From Marsupella aquatica (taxonomy: Eukaryota; Plantae; Marchantiophyta), in the NCBI GenBank assembly GCA_973895155.1, contig OZ316899.1, positions 6,017,241 to 6,081,240 of the forward strand: 64,000 nt of DNA. Reading direction: 5' to 3'. The notes beneath the pieces were generated by a model. It did not search any database. It had not been told where the DNA came from and saw only the letters and a list, made by a program, of their open reading frames with translations. The position numbers and the translations under genes are program-made. This document shows, one piece after another, positions 13,200 to 27,000 of this stretch. Numbering within the stretch: the stretch's first letter is position 1; every line of letters starts with the position of its first letter.

Positions 13200-14397
13200 G
13201 TCTATCGGAGGGCACTTGGCCAACTCATTGAAACATGCCAACCCGCGCTGATATGAGATCGAACGCAAATATGAGAGAGCCATCCGCCTAGCAGGACGAC
13301 ACCACTATCTCCTTAACTTTGATTACGCATCCCAAAGCGAGCTTTACCGACCCAAAAAAGTATCAGGGTACTTCTTTGACAGAGGCAAATACATCGGCTT
13401 CTGGGAAGCATTGCTTCGGCTTCCGGACAAGGTCTTCAATATCCCGGGCATGATTGACTTGCAGCGGCACCACTTTGACCACATCCCCGCTCGGGTCCGG
13501 ACTATCATCAACAGCGAGTTCAACACTGCCCGGTCGATAGGGCCGTCTTCACTTGCTTCGGAGAACCTCCCACCTACAGTGGAACCAGCCCCTTCGACCG
13601 ACTTACCTCAAGGGCTGGATGTGTCCACTCCTACTCCCGCACGGGTTGGAGTCTGCCCATGCCCGAATCCAGAGGGACACAGTCTAGACCATCCGGAACT
13701 CTTTGCGTCAGGCACATTTCTGAATGGGTTGTTGGGAGATTTCTTGCAATAGATCTCTCGGGACACCAGGGAATACATGGCCCGGAGGGTGGCCTACTTC
13801 TTCAACCAGGAGTTGGTTGCAGCAGTAAGGGCAAGACATGCGCAGGCAGAGACAGCGCAGAGAATAGAGCGATATCGGGTTGAGTCTGCCTACCTGAAGG
13901 ACAAAGTGGCAACCCTGGAGGCTGAACTCCAGCAACTACGGCCGCAGGTAACGGCCATGGAGGACCAGGTTGCCGAGGCTAGGGCCCAAGCAGCGTAAGC
14001 AGTAGAGGCCGGGCTGGGAAAGGACGCCGAGATCGCGCAGCTCTGGACCAAGATTGACGGTTTGCAGGGGCAAGCCGTCAGTTGGCAAAAGGATCTGGAG
14101 GAAGCTGACTCCAAGTCTCAGCGGGACACAGCCAAGATTGACACCCTGAAGGCAGAGGTGGCGCGGCTTCAAGGAGAAGTCACGAAATAGGCCCAGTTGG
14201 TGGATAAGCAGACGAGCAACACCCAGCAACTGGAAGAGGCATGCCAGGAGGCCGCAAAAGAGGCAGACGCGGCAAAGCGGGAGAACAAATCTCTACTGGA
14301 CCAGGTCCAGCTACTCAAGCAGGACTCCGACAGGCTCAGAAGGCAACGGGATAGCCGCTCCCACTCAGGCGGCTCTGGCAAGCGTGCCAGGCATTAG
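13200..14397 (+). pseudogene. Family-B gene remnant (central PMD-like part deleted; coiled-coil C-terminus); start approximate
   Basis: ORFs 13411, 13777 and 14197 match B2/B3 pieces; ends GGSGKRARH*. Confidence 0.8.
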
Positions 14398-15318
14398 CGG
14401 CGGAGTACGATTAAAATAGAGTAGAAGTAGTTAAATTAGGCTATAGGGACAAGCACTTGCCCTAGTTAAAGCAACACTGCCATGCTGTACAACCTACGTA
14501 GATTAGGATCTTCTAATAAGACAAGCCGTTTTCCGGCTTGACAGCCAGCTTAGTTAGGACCTTAGTTAGCAAATCTTTGGGCGCGAGGGCACTCCGTTCC
14601 TTGGCCCTTAGTATTTAGTGCACCCCTTGGTAGAGGCAAGGGGGGGATTTTTAGTCTTAGTGTTGGACATCCGCTGTATGTGCGGGGAGTCCCGACCTCT
14701 GGGAGTGAAAGAGTACGTACCAAGGGGAGGGTGTAGGACTAAGCTTGCTGGGCGAGTGCGGAGCCGGGCTCCATTGTAGTGTACCCCCTCGGACTCGGAC
14801 CTGTTCATTCTAGAGCTTTCGGGTCAACTAAGTGTACGCATATGTCTCCTATGTAGTAAAATCCTTTCCCATAATTTCCTTCATGTAAATCGAGATTGTA
14901 TGCTTGTGCGTATGTATATGTGTGAATCTCGTGTATAGGTGCCAATGCTTGGCCGAACGCACTACCCAAGTCGTGCACGGGGTGCAGCTTGCGGGTGAGT
15001 GGTTGCGAGCCCGGGTTGAGTACCCATACCATCAAATCCAGATCAAAGGCGGACAACACAAAGGCTTAGAAGCCCGTAAGCCGGGGTCAAACCTGCTATC
15101 GATTGAGGTACGTTCCGGCAGCGGAACACAAACCATACCTAAGAGGTGTCCGTATATGACTATAGGTGCACTTAGCGCTAGTTTATGTGAGTTAGGTGCA
15201 TTCCGTGCCTCCCTCCTTGCCCGAACCCTCATTTTAACAAAGGATGTGCCTGTCTAAGCCGAAGCCCGGGTTAAGGCCTAGGCTGACGGCGTGACATGAA
15301 GCTAATTGCATTAATTGT

Positions 15319-18300
15319 TGTCACGTCGCCAGCCTAGGCCTTAACCCGAGCTTTGGCTTAGACAGGCACATCCTTCGTTAGTATGAGGGTTTGGGCAAGG
15401 AGGGACGCATGGACTGCATCTAACTCCCGTAATCTAGTGCTAAGTGTGACTACTGTTACTTACATACACTTCCTAGGTATGATTTGTGTTCCGCCGCTGG
15501 AACATACCTTAGTCGATAGCGGGATCGACCCCGGCTTATGGGCTTCTAAGCCTTCATGCTATCCGCCTTTAATCCAGATCCGATGATACGGGCATTCAAC
15601 CCGGACTCGCAGCCACTCCTCTGCGACCTGCACCCCGTGCATGGCTCGGGTAGTGTGCTCGGCCAAGCATTGGCATCCATACACAAGATTCATACATGAA
15701 CACACACACAAGCATACAATCTCGGTTTACACAAAGGAAATAATGGGAAAGGATTTACTTCATGAGTCGACATACACTTATACTTTGTTGACCCGATAGC
15801 TCTTGAATGAACAGGTCCAAGGCCGAGGGGCGTACACTACAACGGAGCCTGGCTCTGCACTTGCCCAGCAAGCTTAGTTGTACCCCCTCCCCTTGGTACG
15901 CTTTCACTCATAGAGGTCGGGACTCCCCGCACATACCGCGGATGTCCAACTTTGAGACTAAAACTCCCCTGCCTCTACCGAGGGGTGCACTAAATACTAA
16001 GGGCTAAGGACCGGAGTGGCCTTGTGCCCAAATATTCACTAACTAAGATCTTAACTAAGCTGGCTGTCAGGCCGGAAAATGGCTTATCTTATTAGAAGAT
16101 TCTAATCTACGCAGGCCAGACAATATGGCAGCGCCGCTTTAACTAGGGCAGGCGCTTGTCCCTATAGTCTGATTTAGCTACACCTAACTCTATTTCAATC
16201 TTACTCCGCCGCTAACGCCTGGCACGCTTGCCAAAGATGCCCAAGTGGGAGCGGCTATCCCGCTGCCTTCTGAGTCTGTCGGCGTCCTGCTTGAGTAGCT
16301 GGACCTGGTCCAGCAAAGATTTGTTCTCTTGCTTTGCCGCGCCCGTTTCCTCTACGGCTTCCTGGCATGCCTCCTCTAGTTGTTGGGCGTCGCTTGTCAG
16401 CTTATCCACCAACTGCACCTGCTTTGTGGCTTCTCCATCCTTGGAGCCGTGCCACTTCCGCCTTCAGGGCATCTATCTCGGCCGCATCTTGCTGGGACCA
16501 AGTGTCGGCCTCCTCTACATCCTTTTGCCAGCTGACAGCTTGCCCCTTCCAATCGTCAATCTGGGTCCAAGCCGTGCAATCTCAAAGTCTTTTCCGAACC
16601 CGGCCTGCTTTGCTAAGGCTGCCCGGGCCCTGGCTTCGGCAACCTGATCCTCCGTGGCCGTTACTTGAGGTCGTAGTTGTTGGAGTTCAGTTTCCAGGGC
16701 CACCACTTTGTCCTTCAGGTAGGCAGACTCAACCTGGTACCGCTCTATTCTCTGCGTCGTCTCAGCCTGCGCATGTCCTGCCTTTACAGCCGCAACCAAC
16801 TCCTGGTTGAAGAAGTAGGCCACCTTTTGTGCCATGTATTCCCCGGTATCCCGTGCAATTTGTTGAGAGAAATCTCCCAACAACCCGTTCAGAAACGTGC
16901 CCGGCGCAAAGAGTTTCGGGTGGTCCAGACTATGCCCCTCAGGATTTGGGCAAGGACAGACCCCAGCCCGCGCGGGAGTTATAGTGGAAACGTCCAGCCC
17001 TTGAGGTAAGTCGGTCAAAGGGGCTGGTTCCACTGGGGCTGGGCGGTTCTCTTGCATGTGGCGGGATCTCCTCGGCCACCGTAGTGTCGGGTTTGGGTTT
17101 GGCCTCAGCCGGCCCGGCTTCAATCGCGTTGATCTGGTTAATTGCGTCAAGGGTCGCGCGGGGGTTTGCAATAACTGCGTCGCTTGGCGGGGCAGTAGCG
17201 GCTGGTTGTGGGGCCGGGGTAGCAGGGCTTGTGGCTGCCAGGCTTAGGGTCTCGGGCTGTGGTCGCCTCTTTTGAGCCAGGAATACCCATTTTGACGGGG
17301 TCAATTCAGTCTCGTTGCTACGGGGGAGGCTTCGGCGGTCAAAACGGACGTACCACTTGATGATGATCTCAATGTGGCTTGCGAAGTAGCCTTTCTGCCA
17401 AGGTATAAGGTCTTCCTTCTCCGCTCCATCTCCTTGTGGAACTCCTTGACAAAGAAGGACACCCACCTCCTAGGCCAAAAGTTCTCTTCTTGTATGACCT
17501 GGGCGGTGGATATTTTGCCCCATGGTTCCATCATGTGGAGGGCATACCGCTGGAACTCCAGGCGTTTTGCTACCTCCGGGATGAGGCACATCCTCATCAA
17601 GAATCCGTTGTCCACTGCTCCCTCGGTCGGGAAGCTAGAGGACTGGTATTTAGCTCCCTTGCCCCCAAGAGCCCGCGATGGTACCCGGTTTATTCGTTTA
17701 GGTAGGCCAAAAATCATCTTCAGACGTGCCTCATTGAGACACATCACTCTCCAGTGCACTCGGGTTTGTTGGCGGGCCTCGTCGAAGTTCTGAATGAACT
17801 CCGTCATATCCTGCCCGTAGTACCTGCTTCCATTCCAAGGGAGAGAGGCAAGGTGCTCAAACCCTTGGGTCTTCAGATAGCATGCATGCTTGGGGTACAT
17901 GGAGGATGTTCTTGTGAACATTCTCCACCATGCGATGCATGGTCAGCTTGGCCACTGCAACCGTGGCCAAAGGCAGCTCGGATACAACTGCGGGTTCCTT
18001 TCTCTTCCTACCCCGGGACTGATTCTCGGGGTGATGAGAAGAGGGGGACATCTCCCCATCCTCCCGATCGGGTGGCGGTAGCGCTACCGCCGTGAGTATC
18101 AGTGCGGGGGCCGCTACAGTCACCCTGTTATCCCCTCGGGCTTGTTGGAGTGGCACTGGGTTGCTTGGCGCATGCTGATTTGTACCCCGCGGCCGTCGGT
18201 TCAGAGGAGGGTGAGCCTCCTCGTCTTTGGAGCTAATATTTACCGGATTTACCATGGATCGCACCCAGAGAGGTGGTGCGACCAGTGGTGGAGATCGGCT

Positions 18301-19488
18301 TGGCTGAGGCCAAGGCGGTGTTGGCGTAGGTACCGATGGATTGGCGCCAAATGCAACTGGGGGAGGTGCCATTAGATTCTAGAAGTCCTTGGGGATGTCG
18401 AGTGTTGTTAAGATAGGAGTCTCGCTTGTTTGGGCAGGGCCAAACTGACAATCTATGGATGCCTGAACCCAAGCAAGGATATGGTTGTAGTGGTGCGGCT
18501 GCAAGTCTATTGTGCCCGGGAGATGGTAAACCCTGTCCGGGAGCCGAAGGAACGCTTCCCTAAAACTGACGTACTTCTCGTCGACAAAGAAGTACTCGCT
18601 GATTTTGTTGACTTGGCAAAGCTCACTTTGGAATGGGAGGTCAAAATTGCCGTTATAGTGATTACGGCCGGCTAAGCAAATGGCTCTCTTGTAAGCTTGT
18701 TTGGTCTCGTATCGGTGCGGGTTGACTTTGGCTAAGGACTTGGCTAAGTGACTTCCCACAAATAGGAATTGCAGCCAAAATCAAAGGGCCGAACTGGACA
18801 ATATCGTGACAGACATCCAGGAGTGACGGTGGGCGACCAAGGATGGACGAAGTGGCTGAGATCAAAGCTAGCACGCGGAATGGAGTGTGGGTGTAATACA
18901 AGAGAATGGCCCTCCTTTTATACTCTAAGAGCGCATCGTTTGACTGGCCCCTCCTCCCTCCCTATAGGCCAAGCTTTTCATGCTCACAGTGTATTGGCCA
19001 CTCGCGGGTCTGGTTCAGAGTGTGTCAGCGACCACCTCCAAGAATTTGTTATACAGACCCAAAGGGTCCCCTTACACGCTCATAATCGGGAGTACGAATG
19101 GCGCTCTGCCGCCATTTTGAATGTAAATGCCCCTTATTAACTAATGATTCCCTAGTCATAAGTACTACCTACTTAGTGTCGTTATGCCCCTGGGCCCTCA
19201 CTTCGTGTAAAAGAAGTGGACCCCCCTGCAATCGGGCCCTTTTCATGTTTACCCCTTGTTATTTCCATTTTACCACTAAAAGTTCCCTTATTATCGGTAA
19301 TAATTATAATTATTAGTTCAAAATGAAGAAAAACTACCCTTTGACAGTTTGCACGTTCTCCATGTATTAGTTAAGACTGAGGGCCCAGGGCGTTATGCTA
19401 ATAACTATGGCCTACGGTGCCCCTAATGCGCGTGCTTAGCACAAACTAGGCCGAATCAATCATTAACCGCCATGCTGGCAGCGTCACA
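15319..19488 (-). mobile_element. Family B element copy 2 (full length, 4170 bp)
   Basis: TGTCACGTC...GCGTCACA; perfect TSD ATTGT (15314-15318 / 19489-19493); inverted relative to copy 1 and only 22 bp from it. Confidence 0.93.
16212..18759 (-). pseudogene. Family-B gene (~850 codons, frameshifted): N-terminal domain, Pro-rich linker, PMD/Athila-ORF-like motif, coiled coil, basic C-terminus
   Basis: Consecutive minus-strand ORFs 18759-18379, 18372-17857, 17921-17301, 17466-16939, 17171-16515 and 16418-16212; motif MTEFIQNFD....TRV..RVM.LNE..LK.IFGLP; heptad-rich C-terminus. Confidence 0.8.
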
Positions 19489-20956
19489 ATTGTCCAATTT
19501 TTGTATATCTCAATCTAGTGCTAGTGTTACCAATTACTTAAATGTGCAGTGTTATTCACAGGCTCCTCGATAGTCAATACCTAAATATTATGTGGATCCT
19601 AGGACAAAGGAAGTGAGATTATGTAAGTAATTATTCATTACCTCACTTGCCATGAACTTGTCTTTGACTTGCCAAGTGGTTCCCGAGTTCAGAGATTCTC
19701 ACAATTGCAGATTGATTGTCACAAGTTACATTAATGTTTAACTTGCTAACAAAGTCTCTTTGGTTGGTTGTGGTAGTGACACCTTTGCCAAGAGCATCTA
19801 CTCGTGATCTGGATGATGGAATTGTCACAGAAAGATCAAAACAGACACACATACGACAATCATCTTGTGCTGCAAAGAAACAATGGGAAGAGAACACAAG
19901 CGAGCATTGCAAGTTGGGCATGAAGAAAGCTGCAATCACTGTATGTTGCTTGTGAAAGATCATGTTTGTGATTCATGGTTTGTCCTCTGTTATTGTTCTC
20001 TTAGGATGCATTGTGTGCAGATTTGGAACAATGATGTTGATCCTAGTGATCCATACTGGGCACGTTGGGGAGATGATCTTTGTGTTGTGTGTATGGGTAA
20101 ACTGAATCCTTCTATCCGTGAGATTAAGAAGCAAGACTCAGGGTTTCTCTTCATGTTTATGCTATGTTGGAGAATGATTGGGACTATCTACAGGGGACTT
20201 TGTCAATGAAGAAGCTCATTGTTCAACAGTAATGAAAGCACAACGAGCAAGACTCCACAAACATTTTCAGGAAGGTGGGAGATGCCTGGACAAGAAGCCT
20301 GAACATTGGAAGGCATTGTGTGAGTGGTGGCTGTCTCCAGAAGGGATGTCTAGCATTGACAAGATGAAGTATGCAAGATCTAAAGTCATTAATCCATCAA
20401 GGGTTGGACGAGGTGGCTACCGTGGGAAGGAGTCTGACTTTGTAAGTATACAAGATTCATTTACAGTTATTATGAATGTTTGTAAACAACAAGTAGGCTT
20501 ACAACATATGTCTTCCTCTGTTTTAGCAATTGGTATACAAAGAAGCAAGAAGTTTCACTTTGATATGTTTTGTTTGGTTTCATTGCTCATAAGAGAAAAG
20601 AGGGGAAAGTCCACCTCTGTCAGAGCTACGCTCCAAAGATGATAGAATTAATCCATCAAGTGTGAGATCTGTCACAAGACAGGCCACACCATCTCATTGG
20701 AGAGGGAGAAAGTCAATTGTGAGTATAGTTCACAAGATCAATTTGTGATTTCCAAATTGCCAAGTCTATGTGATATCCACTAACTTTGGTGACTGTGATT
20801 GTTCAGTGGTTGCAGACACCAATTTCCAGGTCTATGATGGGAGATGACAAATAACGTGATGAGCGTATGTTGACTAAAATTGTGGATGCAATAAATACTG
20901 GGATAAGTGTTGGGTTTGACAAAATAATAACTTTTTTGGCAAAACCTAACCAGAGT

Positions 20957-20988
20957 CACTACTACATATTGGCCCCTTTTGCGAAGGT
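20957..20988 (+). repeat. CACTA terminal inverted repeat (left)
   Basis: CACTACTACATATTGGCCCCTTTTGCGAAGGT; 29/32 identical to the reverse complement of 33288-33319; followed by TCGCAA/TTGCGA-rich subterminal repeats. Confidence 0.9.
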
Positions 20989-21716
20989 GTTTTTCGACGT
21001 CGGGAAGGCCTTGCGATGTTAGCGCCTTCAGATATTTTGTGATGAAACACGCATCACAATATCCCATGCTCTCAATGTCGCAAAATCACGTTGCGAAGCT
21101 AAATACATCGCACTTCATTTTGGATGTTATTGACTTCGCAACAACTTGAGATACTAGTTGTATCGCAATGACTTTGTGAGTCCGCGACCATCGCGACCGT
21201 ATTCGGATACATTTTGGTTCATAATTTAGCAATTCTAATATGATCACAGGTATTTTGTGAACCTATTATCTTCGGAAAGTATTGTGAAGAACGTTGAGTT
21301 GCAAAGTACTGAATCTAGTTTGGTCGCAAATTTGAGAACCAATTTGTATCAGAAGGACCAATGGAATTTTATTCACAAGAGGTCCAAAAATTCCTTCCCG
21401 ACTACTTCAAAAAATGTTTTGCAAAGAGAGTTGTTTGCAAAGTTTTTAGAATGGAAATGTTTGAGAGAATACTTTAGAAGATGGAGAATGCATGTGTTTA
21501 GGTTATAAGCTAGGGATTTCAAAAAGGTGGCATGCATGTATGAGGATAACTTTTCTAGTGGCTAGGGTTGCATATATATATAGCGGTAAATTTCAAAGTC
21601 CAAGTGTTTGTAAGACAAAAGAAGAAAATAAATAGGTAAATATAAATTAAACCATGATAGTTAATATAATCACAATTATACGCCCCACAACAAGTTTTAC
21701 TACTAGTGATGCATCA

Positions 21717-23860
21717 AACTTGGTCCTCATCCTCTCCTTTGTTTGACACAATAATAACTTCAGGTTTTTTTGAGATAATGGAACGAGACCGTGGCACATA
21801 CGGTATAACAACTGACCACTCCTCTGGGTCTGGTGGGTACAGAATATAGAAACACTGCTCAAGGTGACTTGGGAATGTAAATGGTTCAAATGTTTGCCAA
21901 TGAGATGGTTGAAAGCTAGTTGCTGATGTCTTCAGTCAAGTAAACCCACAATCATCAAGAAGTACCGTGCGATTCTCACCAACCAAGTGAATTTTGAACC
22001 ACTTACATTTGAAGACATAGTCTTCAAATTTTGTATCCGCATCATAGGATACAATCAAGATCTCCTCTATCTTTCCATAGTGAGGCACCACATCTCGGAT
22101 GACATTGGTGTCATGGCGGCTACTTTGTGAATCCTGCATGAACTGCCCTTGAACTCCACAGTCAAAAGTTCTACCCCTCTTCTCATCAAGGTCAGAAATC
22201 CTGAAATGTCTCCCTTGTGTCCACATTGCTGTTATGGTCTGAACAAGTCTCAAAGGGCCATGAACAATTGTTTGAACATCATGAGTCATATCTGGAAAAT
22301 GTGATACACTCTCACCTTGGGCCACCATAGCATCCAACTGAAGTACTTTCTCCCTCATATACTCAAGGAACTTTGGAAAAATCCTTGGGCAACGACTCTC
22401 CCTCTTTGCATCCTCATAAAACTCTCTCCATTCTTCCATGACAGTGCTATTACTCAACATGAAAGTAGTCATCTGTGTCAACTCAACTCCGATCAGTAAG
22501 CGTGTTTTTTTGGCTCCTGTTAAATGATCCTCCTCCATTTCTCTCTCTTCCATCCAACTGCGTGGACAACTAGGATCAATGGTAGCTAAGATGTTGCTGC
22601 AATAGAACATACTCTCAACTGCCAAGTATCCTGTTGCCATGCTCCCCTCCACTCGTGCACAATTCCGTACATAAGCCTTTAACACAGCCATATACCTTTC
22701 CAACCAATACATCCAACGACAATGCACTGGACCAGCAATGGCAACCTCCCTCACAAGATGAACAAGTAAATGCACTTGACAATCAAAGAAGGAAGGAGGG
22801 AGGGCCTTCTCTAACTTGCAAACTACCTCAGCTGCCAATACCTCCATACGTGGGATCTCTTCTTCATATATTTCCTTTGAGCATATCCATCTCAACAAAG
22901 TGCCCAATGACCAGAGGGCATCTTGCACTTCTTCACTGCCCAAGCCTATGATTGCCACATGAAGTATATGTTGTAGTAAATGGTGATAGTCATGTGTCTT
23001 CAGATATATTGGCCACTTATGACTGTCCTCCATCCCAAAATCTTTCCGGAGATTGGCACCATAGCCTGTAGGAAACCGCATCTGACCTATGCGTTGTTGA
23101 AACTCTCTTCTTTCACCAACACTCAAAACCCAAGGAGCTCAAGGACGGTGTTCCATCCTGTTGATTCATCAACTGTTATCCATACATCTGGATGTCGTTC
23201 TAGATCTTGGCATGCCTCCTAAAATTATGGTCCTTTTCTCCATAAAAATGCTTGATCAAAGCCTTCCCAACGTTTCCCTCTATATGCATGGGGTCTAACA
23301 AGTGATGAATCTTCAACTCAGGCCAATACGGCAAAGTGGCTAGTATAGTCCACCGTGTCAACCCACTTCCATCAAATGTCATGGGGTCGTCAGGGTCTGC
23401 CACCCTATCAGCTATGGATTTCCAATGTGCAAAGGATGTACGCTCAGGTATGTCACGCTCATCACCATTGATCATGTCCAAGTCTGAAAATAGAAGGGGG
23501 TCAGACCTCATCTCATGTCCAAGTGGAAGAAACTTGGTATGCCCAAGGTAGATTATCTTGCAAAGCCATCTTGAGTACTTGGCCATATCTTCAAGGCTTG
23601 GACCACAAGTGGAGCATGCCTTATACCCTTGAGTTTGTAACCCTGAAACAAACCCAAACCCTGCAACAAACCCAAACCCAAACAACTTTCTCAATTAGAG
23701 TCAAAGGATTTAAAAAGTTCATGTACATACATAAATATGAGGGACTTCCTCTAAAACAAACTCTTTAATACATGAAAACCTTACCAGGATAGTCATTTAT
23801 GGTCCACATATTGATTCCCTTTAATTTGAAGACACGTGGTAATCCCCCTGTAGTCATGTC
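21717..23860 (-). pseudogene. CACTA TnpD-like transposase, copy 2 (5'-truncated)
   Basis: ORFs 23200-23694 and 21936-23126 (LDPMHIEGN, LKTHDYH, FFDCQVHLLVHL..GPVHCRWMYWLERY, FKCKWF); close paralog of 28694-32086; GT-AG intron 23661-23784. Confidence 0.93.
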
Positions 23861-24064
23861 CTCTAGTGATTGCTTTTACCAAGGACCTATGTCCTTTTGG
23901 TGGAGAAAATGGAGATCCTTTTAGTACCCCTCTAGCTTGCACTTGACCCCATTCACTTAAGTTCTTAATGTGAATGCATGCAATCAATCCTTAAAACTGA
24001 TTGTTAATTTGTCTTGAATGAATGGTCTGAAGTCTGTTTTTGTTGTACCTGGTGAAATATACAT

Positions 24065-27000
24065 TGTGATGCCGTGCCAGGATCACGAAGTACTTAGTTA
24101 AGCCTAAAATAATGGCTAAATAAAGATTAGGTAGATATAATTAGGGAGTTATAAGGATCGAAGCCGATTGCAATATGTTCGGGGGAAATTGTGATGGGAT
24201 CTGATCCAACGGTCGCAATTAAGTGGGATTAGGGTTATGACCTAATCAGGGCTTGATCAGGTAAGCCATCAGGAGGCGGCTTCGTAGGGAGGGGACCGAC
24301 ACTCTGTACACTAGTGCAATTGCTTGTTCGATCAACCTAGGGAGGTGGAATCAGCTGCCGATCGATCGGAGGAGGTGGTTTGGGAAATTGCGCAAGTTCT
24401 TGGCATTCGGTGGAATGAACACGGTGAATCAGGCAGGGAAGTTTTGGGGCTGTTTGCTTGAAGAAGCAAGGTAGCTGATACCTACGTATGAAGACGTTGA
24501 GCTGGAGCGCGCAGCCAGAGAATGAGCAGAGCTTGCGTGATTGTGGGGAATTCACAAATCGGCATTCGTAGATACGGAGGAGGTGTTGGAAAAGTTCTCG
24601 TACGTGGACACCCACCAGTGAGGAGCTTGACGAATTGCTAATTCGAGAGAATAAGATCGTGGGGATCAGGGAGGCAATCAAGAACGCCGGGCAACCACTT
24701 TGGGAATTGAAGGATCACACTACGAAGTGGACAAAGGCAGCTATTCTTGGGGAGTATTCAGGCGTTGAAGAGATGAAGTGCAAGGGAGTTTCAGCATCTG
24801 CAACTCCAGCAAAGCAAACTAGGTCGGAGAGACCAATCAAGATGGAATCCGGGCTAATTAGAGATCGGGCTGTAGAAGATAAAAACATGACAGGGTGGGC
24901 GAACAGGTTACCTACCGATTTACAATTATAGTTCGCAAGAGATGAGGATGAGGTCTTCAGTGTTGTTCAGGATAACAAATATGCAGGATATATGAATGAC
25001 ACTGGGTTGGAGGGCTTTGTCAGGTTGTCCTGGAGAATGGTAGACATACCGGATGAGGATCTGTTGGACTTCGTAGGATGCTGGGAGGCTTCTTCCAACA
25101 CAATGTTGCTGTATGGAAAGGTGTTCAAATTAACACCTGCGCTTATCGAAGCCGTGTTTGCTTTACCAACAGGAAGGAAGACAAAGGTGGAGCAAAGGAA
25201 GACCTTCCACTAAGAATGGGTTTTCAGGAATCAATGTACCAACCCACATATAGGGCAGCTGATTGATTTCCTGAGAGTCACATTGCATTGTACCTTGCCG
25301 AGAGCAGAAATCGGCAAAGCCCAAGTATTTTTGGTAGAGAATATCGATGCAAGCCGAGACTACAACGGCTATCTCTTAATGCAGTTGAAGAAGGCATTAA
25401 ACGAAGAGAAGCAGAGCATTGGGGAGGGAGCGATATCCAGACTAGGGTACCATCTACAATTACTTTGCCGATATGCAAGAAGCTAGTCTTTTGCACCAGT
25501 GTTGCCTATACAGGAGCGGATGCAGATCACTGCACCACTTGAGGAGGTGGAGGAGGACGAGGAGCCTCTAAACATACGACGCCACGGGAGGAGGTCGGCA
25601 ACACAGGCAACACAAGAACGGGAGCATTCCCCTATCAAGGAGCTAGAGGTAGTAACATATGATGTAGTGAGAAATCCGTTACGCCGACCTACTCGCAATA
25701 ATCCATATGCAGGCATCCAGTTGGTCGAGAGGAAGATGACTGCCAAAGAGAGAAAGAAATATGACGAGCGAATGGATTCAGAGACAGATGAGGAGGTAAG
25801 CCGAGGCCAGGAGAGGCCGGTAGTAAAAGCTTCTAATAGAGCCCAAGTGAACGGACCCGTGGAGGAAGGTCAACCAGCAGCAGCCCAACAATTTTCAGAG
25901 GAAGAGATCGGGGGCTTTGGAGGAGAGGCCGGCATGTTAGGTAGTCAGGTTAATGTGGATGATTACGACGACAACTATGTCGATCATGGGGAGAGGCCGG
26001 TACCAGGAGTTAGAACGATGGGAAGGTTTTGTAGAAGACTTCCCGCGGTCTTCTCTGGCAAACCGGAGGACCAGAAAACGCCAAAATCTCCTCCACCAGA
26101 TGTGACGCCATTGGAATTTGACAAGATGTAGGAAGCTGAAGCCGGGCTACATATGAGAAGATTAAGGAGTGGGGGGGCCGGAATGCAGAACACGAATGCC
26201 AGCTACTAGGAGGAGAGTGGCCGGAAGGAATAAGACGGCTTATTGAGAGGCAAGCCAAACCTCTCACTGACTTCGATCAATTACGGGCAGAAGCTTGGGA
26301 GAGACGACCTCGATGGTAGATGCCAGTATCACCTGGGAGGTCAAACTATGCAAGAAATCGGGCTAAGGAGTATGAAGACATGTGTGGACTCTTAGCCTTA
26401 GAAATCTTTGGCAACGAGTTGGAATCCGGGCCATTTCTTAGAAAGGAAATGGCTGATCAAACGAGACTGGAGGAGGCAATGACATTGGAGCGATTGAAAA
26501 AGGAGGAAGTAATCGCTCGGCTTTGCTCCATGGAGGCCGAAGTTGCTAAGACAAAGTTTGGTCAACCAACTCAACAGGATCTCTTGGCTAGGCAGCAGGA
26601 ATTGGAAGTGGCAAACAACCAATTGGAAAACTACCAATTGGATAACCAACAGATCAAGGAAAAGTTGACGAAGATAGAGCTGGAGTTAGCCGATTCAAAA
26701 GTAGAAGTACAGGGTTTAAATCGCCAAGTTGAGAGGCTCAGAAAGACAACTAAGGAGCAAGCCACCCAGAGCAAGAAGGCCTTGGCAGAAGCCCAAAGGA
26801 AGTATGATAAGTTACTCGACCGGTTGGAGGCCATGCATGAGAAGCATGATGACGCCATGTGCACGGCAGCCAATGATCACCTAAACCGGGTTCAACAGAT
26901 ACGCAAGGAGCTTCAGGAGGAGCTAACCAGGACAAAGCAGGCATGGACGAACGAGGTCACAAAACTAGAAGGTATCAACAACTCCTTGAAAGCAGCCGTA

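Larger units (their letters stand above)
12674..15296 (+). mobile_element. Family B element copy 1 (solo-LTR-like, internally deleted, 2623 bp)
   Basis: TGTGACGCC...GGCGTGACA ends; perfect TSD TGAAG (12669-12673 / 15297-15301); homologous to 15319-19488 and 54187-58088. Confidence 0.92.
12391..20720 (+). pseudogene. TnpA/Ptta (Transposase_24)-like second CACTA gene, with an intron expanded by two family-B insertions
   Basis: 20178-20440 reads RARLHKHF..KPEHWKALCEWWLSPEG...KYARSKV.NPSRVGRGGY, typical of Ptta/En-Spm ORFs. The 12439-12633 exon ends at AAG|GT and an acceptor tgtgcag lies at ~19549. Joining these pieces into one gene is inference. Confidence 0.65.
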
